Position numbers and translations under genes: made by a program
Notes under the pieces: generated by a model
The model's database searches: none
What the model was told of the DNA's origin: nothing
What the model saw: only the letters and a program-made list of their open reading frames with translations
In this document: piece after piece, positions 40,501 to 48,464 of the stretch
How positions within the stretch are numbered: position 1 is the stretch's first letter
How the letters are laid out: each line of letters begins with the position of its first letter
NCBI GenBank assembly: GCA_034437735.1
Contig: DAOTTS010000056.1
Span: forward strand, 2,751 to 66,750
Length of the DNA: 64,000 nt
Direction of reading: 5' to 3'
DNA from: Anaerolineae bacterium
Lineage (GTDB): Bacteria > Chloroflexota > Anaerolineae > B4-G1 > SLSP01

Positions 40501-40976
40501 CGGAGGCCGAAGTTCCGGGCGTCACCACGGGCGCCGTCCGGCCCGACCTGCGGGAGATCGCCGTGCTGCGCCACGTCGCGGGCGAGGCGGCGCCGCTCGA
40601 TCCCTCGGCAGGCCACCTGGCGGTCACCGCCGGATGGGGCTACCTGACCCGCAACGGCACGGTCACGATGCCCGGTCAGGGCACGCTGGAATCCCGGGAG
40701 GACGGCGGCTACGACGTCTATCTGAACGAGGTGGCGTGCTGGCGCAACGTCCCCGAACCGGTCTGGGCCTACACGCTGGGCGGCTATCCGGTGCTCAAGA
40801 AGTGGCTCTCGTACCGCGAGCGGGACGTGCTGGGGCGGGATCTCAGGCCGGCGGAGGCCCGGACGTTTACGGCGGTCGCGCGCCGGATCGCGGCACTCCT
40901 GGGGATGGCAGCGGATCTGGACGCGAATTACCGGCGGGTGCGCGGCGCCGCGTACGATTGGGGGAGCCGTCGATGA
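37596..40976 (+). CDS. Single-polypeptide Type IIG/IIL-like restriction-modification enzyme: N-terminal PD-(D/E)xK nuclease, gamma-class N6-adenine methyltransferase, C-terminal target-recognition domain
   Basis: IPDGG...AIEVK (PD-ExK). VLDPCCGTGAYL (MTase motif I) and ILGNPPYDSF (motif IV, NPPY). The C-terminus has the TRD block ...YTLGGYPVLKKWLSYRE... No ATPase/helicase motifs, so it is not Type ISP. Confidence 0.7.
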   Translation: MDPLEKYLGQLTYIHGPGVAESSYYGALETLLNAIGDTLTPAVLCVMQLKNTGAGIPDGGLFTTSQFSHGADVHAEAPTLLPERGAIEVKSPGDDAQAVAQGEQVARYLRQYRQVLVTTLRAFVLVGLDAQNQPVALESYTLAESEADFWQMTAHPRASANRHGERMAEYLRRVMLHAAPLATPKALADFLASYAKEARARIRAAMDARELTALNGIREALEETLGIHFQGQKGDHFFRATLVQTLFYGIFSAWILWHHEHPDPDARFDWRTTAYDLHVPVIGAIFERLLPSNLRKLDLIEVLNWTGTLLNRVDRATFFRRFEKEQAVQYFYEPFLEAYDPELRKELGVWYTPPEVVEYMVARVDTVLREELDLPDGLADPRVHVLDPCCGTGAYLVAVLERIAETLKQQRSDALWAHDLKEAAQTRIFGFELLPAPFVVSHLQLGLMLQQLGVPLDAEERAAVYLTNALTGWTPPDEQKQQITAAAFHKERAAADRVKQAAPILVILGNPPYDSFADVAIGEERALSEAYRETKRGPDPRGQGLNDLYVRFYRMAERRIVDEAGRGPGRGIVCFISNYSWLDGLSHPGMRERYLEVFDRIWIDSLNGDKYRTGKTTPEGKPDPSIFSTDRDPVGIQVGTAIAMLMRREAHQEPAEIHYRDLWGTDKLEQLAEEATTFGEAALQGNPAIANAYESEMQHLSPEGALGYPFRQLETDAEYLDWPKLPDVFPTSYPGVKTSRDTALVDIDREVLVSRMESYFNEEIKDKELVEIVPPLMEDTTRFNAKGVRRYLLKRGFLEENIVPYLYRPFDLRWIYWEPETKLLDEKRADYFPQVFNGNHFLFTTGRTRKNLIEPALLTENLTDLNSMDSGARGIPLYVKDLSLFGGPDPQPEPNLSDDAFAYLRDLGDNADPAQLFYHALAVLHSPAYRDENSGALRQDWPRVPLPADPGTLAASAALGRRVAALLDPEAEVPGVTTGAVRPDLREIAVLRHVAGEAAPLDPSAGHLAVTAGWGYLTRNGTVTMPGQGTLESREDGGYDVYLNEVACWRNVPEPVWAYTLGGYPVLKKWLSYRERDVLGRDLRPAEARTFTAVARRIAALLGMAADLDANYRRVRGAAYDWGSRR

Positions 40977-41061
40977 GGGCTGAGCGCTCAACAACACCCG
41001 CAGGGTTTCCAGGAACGCGCCGTTCTGATGGGGGCGGTTAGCGCACGGCCATCGAAGAAGA

Positions 41062-41090
41062 TTGGATAAGTGGGCGACTCAATGTACAAT
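41062..41090 (+). promoter_or_regulatory. Sigma70-like promoter TTGGAT-17-TACAAT upstream of the PRC-barrel gene
   Basis: Near-consensus hexamers with a 17-bp spacer, about 36 bp before ATG 41126. Confidence 0.4.
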
Positions 41091-41125
41091 AGGCTTATAT
41101 CCCAAAACAAGAAAGGAAAAGCCCT

Positions 41126-41626
41126 ATGTCAGCTGTAAACTTGACCGCATCTATGAAAGGCAAGCCCGTCGTCAGCATCACCAATGGCGAGATCATCGCC
41201 AAGATTGAGACGATCCTGATCAATCCGAACACCCGTGCTGTGGCTGCGCTGAGCTTCACGCAGGGCGGCCTGTTGAACCGCGAGACCCAATTGATCCCTG
41301 CCGAGGAGGTCCGCGTCTGGGGCGAGGACGTGATCCTGGTCAGCGGTCCCGACGTCTTCGTGCAGAAAGAAGGCCTGACGGGGTACAAGGACTACCTCAG
41401 CGTCAGCGACCAGCTCAAGGACCGCGAGGTGGTCAGCCAGGAAGGAAAACGCATCGGCATCCTCAACGACGTCCTGATCGATAACGAGGGACAGTTGGTC
41501 GGCTACGATCTCTCCAAGGTCTTCATTGAGGGGCCGGTGGCCGACAATAAGCGTATCAGCATCGAGGCGACCCACGCCCTGGGGCCGGACGTCCTGGTCA
41601 TCGATCAGACGCTGCTGCCGCAGTAA
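41126..41626 (+). CDS. PRC-barrel domain protein (two PRC-barrel units)
   Basis: 166 aa with two repeats of the VxGxxVxxxxGxxIGxIxDVLID pattern. Confidence 0.7.
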   Translation: MSAVNLTASMKGKPVVSITNGEIIAKIETILINPNTRAVAALSFTQGGLLNRETQLIPAEEVRVWGEDVILVSGPDVFVQKEGLTGYKDYLSVSDQLKDREVVSQEGKRIGILNDVLIDNEGQLVGYDLSKVFIEGPVADNKRISIEATHALGPDVLVIDQTLLPQ

Positions 41627-41650
41627 GGCGCAGGCGGCGGTTTCGCCCCT

Positions 41651-41983
41651 ATGACCTTCAGCCATCCCCGCATGCGGCGAGAACGTCGCACCATCGTCGC
41701 GATGATCGGCCTCTACTGCCGAGGTCATCATGCGGCTGAGGGGCTGTGTCCATCGTGCCAGCGCCTGCAGACCTACGCACTGGAGCGGTTGGCGGCCTGC
41801 CCTTACCAGGAGGCGAAGCCCACCTGCGCCCACTGTCCCATTCACTGCTACCGGCCCGAGGAACGGGCGCGGATCCGGGACGTGATGCGCTACGCCGGGC
41901 CCCGGATGCTGTGGCACCATCCGTATCTGGCGGTCCGGCACCTGCTGGATCGGTTTCGGGGAGGGGCGTGGGGGAAGGACTGA
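41651..41983 (+). CDS. Nitrous-oxide-stimulated promoter family protein (YgbA-like, Cys-rich)
   Basis: LYCRGHH...CPSC...KPTCAHCPIHCY...GPRMLWHHP matches the YgbA_NO family pattern. Confidence 0.6.
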   Translation: MTFSHPRMRRERRTIVAMIGLYCRGHHAAEGLCPSCQRLQTYALERLAACPYQEAKPTCAHCPIHCYRPEERARIRDVMRYAGPRMLWHHPYLAVRHLLDRFRGGAWGKD

Positions 41984-42073
41984 GAATTGCAGATTGTGAA
42001 TCGGGCCTCAGGGACCTTGACGCTTGACCTTCGACTTACCCTTTGACTTTCACCCCTTAAGAAGGAGTAGACC

Positions 42074-43216
42074 ATGACCCCGCCAGGATATCGCATTCAA
42101 CGCACGAAGGCCCACGCCGGCTTCAACAGTCGAACGTTCTTCGCCCAAGCCCGTGCCGGGGTGATCCCGGGCGAGGACGGGCCGCCGACGGTGATTCTCA
42201 CCGCCCAACCGGCGCTGCGGAGCGGATCCGACGTCTACTATGCCCTGCGCGAGTGGCGCTCGACCGATCTCGGTGAGACGTGGGACGGCCCGGTTACCCA
42301 TCCGGCGACCCTGGGCCGCCGCGAGGATCCGGACGAGCCCGGCGTCACCGTCGCCATCTGCGATATGACCCCCAAATGGCACGCGGCAAGCGGGACGCTT
42401 CTGGCTACAGGGCAGACGGTCCGCTACCGGGACGACGACGCGCCCATGGTCGCCCGCCGGCGGGAGACCGCCACCAGCACCTATAGGCCGGGGACCCGCT
42501 CGTGGTCTCGGTGGCAGACGCTGGTGATGCCGGACCGCCCGGCCTTCGCGTCCGCCGGCGCGGGATCGACCCAACGGGTCGACATGGACGACGGGACGGT
42601 CCTGCTGCCCATCTATTTCAAGCCGGTCTCCGGCAATTGGCACGCGAACCACACCGCGACCGTCGTCCGGTGCAGCTTCGACGGCGACACGCTCCGCTAT
42701 CTCGAGCACGGGACGGAGATGACGGTCCCCGAGCCCCGGGGGCTGTGCGAGCCGTCCCTGACCCGCGTCCGGGACCGCTTCTATCTCACGCTGCGCAACG
42801 ACGAACAGGGCTACGTCACGGTGGGTGACGACGGGCTGCACTTCGACGCCCCACAGCCGTGGCGCTTCGACGACGGCGAGCCGCTGGGCAACTACAACAC
42901 GCAGCAGCACTGGGTCCGCCACCGGGACGCGCTCTTCCTGGTCTACACCCGGCGGGGGCTCGACAACGACCACGTCTTCCGCCACCGCGCCCCGTTAATG
43001 ATGGCGCAGGTCGATCCCGTCGAACTCGTCGTCCGGCGCGAGACCGAGCGCGAGCTGATCCCCAATCGTGGGGCACGGCTGGGCAATTTCGGCGTCTGCC
43101 CGGTGACCGAGGACGAGACGTGGGTTATCGCGGCGGAGTGGATGCAGCCCGAGGGCTGCGAGGATTACGGCAGCGACAATACGATCTGGATCGCACGGAT
43201 TCAGTGGGAGGGATAG
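42074..43216 (+). CDS. BNR/Asp-box repeat protein (sialidase-like beta-propeller); function unknown
   Basis: Contains a perfect Asp-box S-T-D-L-G-E-T-W. Otherwise unrecognised. Confidence 0.4.
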   Translation: MTPPGYRIQRTKAHAGFNSRTFFAQARAGVIPGEDGPPTVILTAQPALRSGSDVYYALREWRSTDLGETWDGPVTHPATLGRREDPDEPGVTVAICDMTPKWHAASGTLLATGQTVRYRDDDAPMVARRRETATSTYRPGTRSWSRWQTLVMPDRPAFASAGAGSTQRVDMDDGTVLLPIYFKPVSGNWHANHTATVVRCSFDGDTLRYLEHGTEMTVPEPRGLCEPSLTRVRDRFYLTLRNDEQGYVTVGDDGLHFDAPQPWRFDDGEPLGNYNTQQHWVRHRDALFLVYTRRGLDNDHVFRHRAPLMMAQVDPVELVVRRETERELIPNRGARLGNFGVCPVTEDETWVIAAEWMQPEGCEDYGSDNTIWIARIQWEG

Positions 43217-43297
43217 GTCGCACCCGCCCTCGAGGACGAGGGCTCGGAGCTTCTCACACGCGACCGAACGATCTCATAGGGAAAGGATCACGTGATT

Positions 43298-43825
43298 ATG
43301 GCCGATATGCTCGTCAAACTCTACAACCTGCCCGACCTCGAACCGGCCCTGGCAGCCCTACGCGAGGAGAACGTCCTCATCCGCGCGGCGGCACCGTCGG
43401 AACGCGCCACCATCGCCGCGTGGGTCCGGCAGCATTTCCAGGCCTCGTGGGCCGCCGGCTGTGAGACCGCGCTGACCCGCGATCCGCCCAGCCTCTCGAT
43501 CGCCGTGGAGATCCAGCCGCACGAGCCGAACCCGGACCGTCCCTACGATCAACCGGCGGAGCTGCTCCTCGGGTTTGCCGGCTATGACGCGGGGGTACGC
43601 GGGATGTTCGGCCCGATGGGCGTCCGCGAGGACTACCGGGACCGGGGCATCGGCGCCGCGATCTTGCTGCACAACCTGCACGCTATGCGGCAGGAGCGCT
43701 ATGCCTACGCCGTCATCGGCTGGGCCGGGCCGACCGATTTTTACGCCAAGACCGTTGGCGCCACGATCATCGAGGATTCGGCACCCGGCATCTTCCGAGG
43801 ACCGCTCGTGCCCTCGATTGCGTGA
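43298..43825 (+). CDS. GNAT family N-acetyltransferase
   Basis: RDRGIGAAILLHNL... acetyl-CoA motif. The start is ATG 43298 or GTG 43292. Confidence 0.6.
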   Translation: MADMLVKLYNLPDLEPALAALREENVLIRAAAPSERATIAAWVRQHFQASWAAGCETALTRDPPSLSIAVEIQPHEPNPDRPYDQPAELLLGFAGYDAGVRGMFGPMGVREDYRDRGIGAAILLHNLHAMRQERYAYAVIGWAGPTDFYAKTVGATIIEDSAPGIFRGPLVPSIA

Positions 43826-43858
43826 TCGATAACCAACGCCAACCTGAAAGGTAGGACC

Positions 43859-44314
43859 ATGAACATCTACAAAATAGAGATCGAGATCTTTGAGGGCGAC
43901 GGCGGAACGCTCCGCAAAGAGGGCGACCGCATTATCATGCCCGATATCGTGAGAGAGGGTCTCTGCTCCTGGATGTACCTGGGCGATCGCCAGCGGAGCT
44001 ACCAGGTCGGTGATCGCTTCACCTATCCTCAGGACGCCGGGCAACTGTGCCCGTGGCTGATGGACAGCCTGAAGAGCATCGTCCAAACCCTCCGCTACGG
44101 CGGCACCCTGCCGTGGCAGTACCCGGACACCCCATACGTCAAAGCGATGGATCCCGAGGGGGTCACGACCGAGTACGTGCGCTGCCCGGATCCGACGGCT
44201 TCGGGTATCGTCGTCAAGGTGATCCGCACCAAGGTCGGTGAAGCGCCGCCCGCGCCGCCCGCGCCGCCGCGCGATGACGGTAGTAGAACGGGCAGCGAAA
44301 CGGAGGAGGCCTGA
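43859..44314 (+). CDS. TIGR04076-like small Cys-containing protein, with a Pro/Ala-rich C-terminal tail
   Basis: EGDRII...CSWMYL...CPWLMDSL...LRYGGTLPW...RCPDP...VVKVIR is reminiscent of the TIGR04076 family. This is a family call from memory, unverified. Confidence 0.4.
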   Translation: MNIYKIEIEIFEGDGGTLRKEGDRIIMPDIVREGLCSWMYLGDRQRSYQVGDRFTYPQDAGQLCPWLMDSLKSIVQTLRYGGTLPWQYPDTPYVKAMDPEGVTTEYVRCPDPTASGIVVKVIRTKVGEAPPAPPAPPRDDGSRTGSETEEA

Positions 44315-45489
44315 TGAAACGAGCGGCCTCCCTCCTCTTTGCGAGCCTCCTACTCCTCGCCCTGGTCGGATGCCGTTCAACGCCGGTCGAACCCCCCGAC
44401 GAGGCAGGCGCGCGCATCACGGGGGCGACGCTGAACGAAGAGAGCGCCGGAACCGGAAGCCAGTTCGAGATCAACATCGCGGAAGCCGGCGAGCCCATCG
44501 GCATCGACTTCCGAGGCAACCTCGTGCAGGGCAGCCTCCGATTGCAGTTGGTGAACGCCGATGGGGAGACGACGTGGGAGACCGAAGTCACGTCGGCCGG
44601 CCCCTTCGCGATCAATACGGTCGTCAAACCGGACGAGGCCGAAGACTACGACCTGGTCTTAAACTGGCCCGAGGCCGTGCAGGCCAACTACAACCTGCGG
44701 TGGCAGCCCGGCGCCATTGACGTCCCGACGATCTCGCCCGTCGCCCTGATCCCGGGTATCGGCATGATCGCGGTCGCCATCGGGTACGTCGTCTACACGG
44801 CGGTGCGCAAACTGGGATGGGACTATCTGGGCCTGGGCGCCGCGAGCTGGCTCATCAGCGTAGTGCTCAAATTCATCTGGGCGATCCCGGCCAACACACC
44901 CGTCTACGAGGCCCTGACCGGCGCCCTGCCGGAGACGTTCGCCGAGATCCTCTTCTACGTCTACGTCGGCCTTCTCACCGGCGTCTTCGAGGTCGGTCTC
45001 GTCTGGCTCGCCCTGAAGAACACGAAATACGGTAAGGCACCATGGCAGCGGGCTTTGAGCTTCGGCCTGGGGTTCGGAGCCATGGAGGCGCTGCTGCTGG
45101 GCGGGAGCGCGCTGGCGAACGGGGTGCTCGGGATGACGTCGCCGGAGGCGCTGCCGTTGGCCGCGCTGGAGCAGATCGCGCAGACGAACAATCTTCTCTA
45201 CGGCCTGGCCCCGGTCTGGGAGCGGTTCTTCACCGTGCTGATCCACGCGCTGACCAACGTCCTGCTCTTCTACGGGATCGCCCGGGAGGAGCCGCGCAGT
45301 TTCTGGATCGCGTTCGCCTACAAGAGCGGCATCGACGTCGTCGCCGCGTTCGCCCAGTTCTGGGGCATCGGCACGGTCGGGCGCATCTGGTTCATCGAGG
45401 GCATTGTGGCGCTGTGGGGCATCGCCGGCTGGTGGGGGATCCGCCGGGTGGCGGCGGCGTATCCGTCGGACGAGGCATTCGCGGACTGA
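44314..45489 (+). CDS. Lipoprotein-anchored membrane protein with a C-terminal multi-TM domain; CPBP/YhfC-like putative intramembrane metalloprotease
   Basis: ATGA overlap with the upstream gene. Lipobox LVGC. The TM region carries E-E-like (AMEALLLGG), FxxxH and HALTN (HxxxN) motifs resembling the CPBP family. Confidence 0.45.
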   Translation: MKRAASLLFASLLLLALVGCRSTPVEPPDEAGARITGATLNEESAGTGSQFEINIAEAGEPIGIDFRGNLVQGSLRLQLVNADGETTWETEVTSAGPFAINTVVKPDEAEDYDLVLNWPEAVQANYNLRWQPGAIDVPTISPVALIPGIGMIAVAIGYVVYTAVRKLGWDYLGLGAASWLISVVLKFIWAIPANTPVYEALTGALPETFAEILFYVYVGLLTGVFEVGLVWLALKNTKYGKAPWQRALSFGLGFGAMEALLLGGSALANGVLGMTSPEALPLAALEQIAQTNNLLYGLAPVWERFFTVLIHALTNVLLFYGIAREEPRSFWIAFAYKSGIDVVAAFAQFWGIGTVGRIWFIEGIVALWGIAGWWGIRRVAAAYPSDEAFAD

Positions 45490-45663
45490 GAGAGCACCCC
45501 CTCCCTCTGTCTCCCTCCCGAGGGAGGGAGGACCTGGAATGACCCGGGGGCTTGGCTATCCCGCTTTCCCCCCCACCGGGGGGAAAAACAAAGGGGGGCG
45601 ATCGGTGCTGAATAGCATTGGGTGGGTCAACCGGACGCACGTTTGCTTTCCACCGGGTCGCCT

Positions 45664-45719
45664 GTTAAGGTATGGTTGTTAAGATATGGCTGTTAAGATA
45701 TGGCTGTTAAGATATGGAC
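45664..45719. repeat. 4 x 14-bp tandem repeat TGTTAAGRTATGGY (AT-rich)
   Basis: Seen directly. It immediately precedes and runs into the 5' end of the ORF at 45700. Confidence 0.8.
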
Positions 45720-45957
45720 AGCGATTGCCGACGAGACACAAACGTCAAACGACAACATAAAAGGAGAAAGGGATGAGCACCTACTCAGTACAGTGGCGTG
45801 GTCCGGCACGCTCAGCCCGGATCTGCAGACCGACGTCTCGATGCGGACGTTCCTGGGGAAAGGGAGCGGCGAATCGTTCCAGATGAAGTTTGAGGGCGAC
45901 GGATGGGTCGTGCTTCAGCCCTATGAGGAAGTGTATATGCAACAGTCGAGCTCGTAG
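45700..45957 (+). pseudogene. Probable remnant: C-terminal about 85 aa of an AIM24/DUF124-family protein, with the 5' portion replaced by the tandem repeat
   Basis: ...VAWSGTLSPDLQTDVSMRTFLGKGSGESFQMKFEGDGWVVLQ resembles the conserved AIM24 C-terminus (W.A.D....DVSF...GKG..SGEG.....F.G.G.V.LQ). Full-length family members run about 220-270 aa. The family call is from memory. Confidence 0.3.
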
Positions 45958-46088
45958 CCCGGCTCACACCCAGCTGCGATCCCTCCACGTCCCACCACGG
46001 GGGGATCGCCGGGTCTCCAACGCACGTAGCCGTACCTCCGGCTAAATCTTGGATAGTCCGAAGCACCGACGAATGGAGCTGAACAACA

Positions 46089-46619
46089 ATGGCACACACG
46101 CATACTTCCCGATCCCCCAAAGCCCACCTGATCCGACGCCTCCGCTATCTAGGGACGTGGGAGCTCTTCGACAGCTTTTTCTTGCCCGCGGTGATGGTTT
46201 TCGCGGCATCCACCCAGGATGTCCAGATCGGCCTTTTTGCCGTATATGCGATGGGGATCACCACGCTTATACTCTGGCAGGGTGCCGCGTATTGGTGGTT
46301 GAAGCTCCGATCGATCCGGGAGAGCGTCCCCCTCCGGATCCAGGCGTACGCGGTTTTCAAGCGAATCAACTGGGCGCTGCTGGCCCTGGCGCCCGTCGTG
46401 GGTCTTCTCTGCGCCGGACGTCCCGGACAGCCGCGTACGTTTAACCTTTTAGCGGGGACGTTCTTCGCGCTCCTGGCGCTTCTGGAGCAGGTGAACTACT
46501 ATTACGTCCAGTTGATGTACGACACCAAGGCCGACTGGCAGTATCTAATGCAGCACAAGCGGCTCAAGCGGGCCAGCCTCGCCCAAGATCTAGCGCGATG
46601 GCAAGGGACGAGACAATAG
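46089..46619 (+). CDS. Hypothetical membrane protein (about 4 TM)
   Basis: Hydrophobic helices. No family recognised. Confidence 0.4.
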   Translation: MAHTHTSRSPKAHLIRRLRYLGTWELFDSFFLPAVMVFAASTQDVQIGLFAVYAMGITTLILWQGAAYWWLKLRSIRESVPLRIQAYAVFKRINWALLALAPVVGLLCAGRPGQPRTFNLLAGTFFALLALLEQVNYYYVQLMYDTKADWQYLMQHKRLKRASLAQDLARWQGTRQ

Positions 46620-46643
46620 CGGAGTATCCCTCCCCCGCTCAAA

Positions 46644-47461
46644 GGAGATCGTCAGATCTCCGCCCACCTGCTAGATGACAGCCCCTCAAACTTCAGACGT
46701 GCCCCGCGACAGCGCGCTTCGCCGTTTCTGCTATCCTCCAATCAATAAAGCAACTCGCTGGCATTGTCCAGGAGAATGATCGCTGTTTCCTCAAGGACAT
46801 AGTAACGAGCACTGGACCAGAGATAAGCCTCCGCACACTCCACAAGATCCCAATGAGGTTGGCAAGGATTATTGTGGATGTACGTCATCTTTTAGCGGAG
46901 AAACGCTGGGGTGAACACGTCCTTCGCGTCGTAACTGGGTGCCCAGACCTTGTGGGCCCGCTTCCCCCGAACGGTCAGTCGCGTTAGCGCGGCCGAGTTC
47001 TTCCGCACGCGATACGCCCGCAGGAGGCGATCGGCAACGTGTTTCTTGAAGTCGCGGATTGTATCGCCTAACGGATCCTCTGCGCGGCACTGTAGAATCC
47101 GATGGATGTGGTTCGGCATAATGACGAAGGCATAAAGCTTGAAGCGTTTTCGAAGTCGCATACAGTCCAGGGTGTCCACAACGAGTCGTTTGGTGATGTC
47201 ACGTTGAAACAAAGGATAGTGGTGGACGCAGCTTGTCGTGACAAAGTAAAGATGGGCTGGGTTAAAGGTCGGGTGCCAACAGGTCATTGGATATCTCCTC
47301 TCTTGTGGGATGGACATTCCGGTGCCGGGCTCGAAGGAGAGGACGTTGGAAGGGCACATGCCTCTTCTACTTGCTTTTTGGGGGATGTCAACTACGTGGA
47401 TAGGGGTTGGAGATGGATTGAAACGAGTCTAGTCGTGTAGGACGGAGATCTGGCGATCTCC
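46644..47461 (-). mobile_element. REPtron B: a second RayT/IS200-like transposase gene (46892-47287) flanked by family-B REP palindromes GGAGATC-N4-GATCTCC (46644-46661 and 47444-47461)
   Basis: Both flanking hairpins were seen directly. They share a 7-bp arm with the orphan copies at 10136 and 34135. Confidence 0.65.
46892..47287 (-). CDS. REP-associated tyrosine transposase (RayT; IS200/IS605 TnpA-like)
   Basis: 131 aa from MTCWHPTFNPAHLYFVTTS. The HUH motif is MPNHIHRIL. Its sequence is distinct from the RayT at 23127. Confidence 0.65.
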   Translation of the reverse strand: MTCWHPTFNPAHLYFVTTSCVHHYPLFQRDITKRLVVDTLDCMRLRKRFKLYAFVIMPNHIHRILQCRAEDPLGDTIRDFKKHVADRLLRAYRVRKNSAALTRLTVRGKRAHKVWAPSYDAKDVFTPAFLR

Positions 47462-47576
47462 TTTGAGCGGTGTGGAAGTAAGCGAGGGTTCCGAACGCCA
47501 ATACAAGCGCTCCCGGCGGAGCTAGCAATCCGCCAGGAGCGTGATAGAGACCGAAAATCATGCAAGCGCGGTATCG

Positions 47577-48449
47577 CTACACCTCCACGCCGAAGAGGTT
47601 GCGCACGACGAGCCCGATGAGGAAACTCACCGCCGAGACGCCCAGCGACAGTCCCGCCATCTCCACAAATCGCCGCCGGAACGGCTCATCTTGGGCCACC
47701 GCCACGTAGAAGTTGAACGCCGCGATGATCAGCACGCCGACCGTCAGCGCGATCAGCAGACAGAGGAAGTAGTTCGCCAGCAGCAGATAGGGCAGCACCA
47801 ACAGAATGACCGTCACAATATACGTGAGCCCGGTGTAAAAGGCGGCCTTGGTCGGGCTCTTCTCCGATTCCTCCGACTTCGTCGAGAGGTACTCGGAGGC
47901 CCCCATCGAGAGCGAAGCCGCGATCCCCGTGATTGACGCGCTGAGCGCAATCAACGTCGTATCCTGCAGCGCCAGGGTCAAGCCGGCCAACGCGCCGGTC
48001 AACTCGACCAGCGCATCACTCAACCCGAGCACGATCGATCCGGTATAGCGCAGCAGCTCCTCATCAAGCATCGCCAGGAGCGCTTCCTCGTGGGCGTTCT
48101 CGTCCTTCATGATCGCTTCGGCCTTGGGGATCTCCTCGATCAACGCCTCGTAGTGCTCCTGGGCGCCCTCCTCCCCCTGCTCCATCAGCTTGAGGGCGAA
48201 GGTAAACCCCAGCAGCCGCCCGATCCACGTATAACGCCAGACGTCAAAGCGGCGCGGCTCGACGTCCTCACCGGTGACCTCCTTCCACTCTCCGTAATGC
48301 CGGTGCTCATCCTCCGCGATCTCCTGGAGCAACTTCCGGTTCTCCTCGTCGTCGACGGTCTCCGCCAGCCGGGTATAGATGTGATACTCGGTGATCTCAT
48401 TCTCTTGGAACCTCAGCAACGTCTCACGCAAAGCGGAACTGATCGCCAT
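47577..48449 (-). CDS. VIT1/CCC1-family Fe/Mn transporter with an N-terminal ferritin-like (rubrerythrin-like) domain
   Basis: The N-terminal E...EDEHRHY diiron-like helices are followed by the 5-TM VIT domain. Confidence 0.75.
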   Translation of the reverse strand: MAISSALRETLLRFQENEITEYHIYTRLAETVDDEENRKLLQEIAEDEHRHYGEWKEVTGEDVEPRRFDVWRYTWIGRLLGFTFALKLMEQGEEGAQEHYEALIEEIPKAEAIMKDENAHEEALLAMLDEELLRYTGSIVLGLSDALVELTGALAGLTLALQDTTLIALSASITGIAASLSMGASEYLSTKSEESEKSPTKAAFYTGLTYIVTVILLVLPYLLLANYFLCLLIALTVGVLIIAAFNFYVAVAQDEPFRRRFVEMAGLSLGVSAVSFLIGLVVRNLFGVEV

Positions 48450-48464
48450 AGGGGTTATCTCTCC

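Noticed and set aside
37596-40976. Type ISP (LlaGI-like) assignment for the large RM protein.
   Set aside because: No Walker A/B or helicase motifs were found between the nuclease and methyltransferase regions, and the length (1126 aa) is short for Type ISP. It is called Type IIG/IIL-like instead.
45774-45890. A 38-codon ORF with an excellent RBS (AAAGGAGAAAGGG-ATG) inside the AIM24-like remnant, in another frame.
   Set aside because: Not rejected outright, but it is too short and compositionally odd (Arg/Ser-rich) to call. It is flagged within the remnant finding instead.
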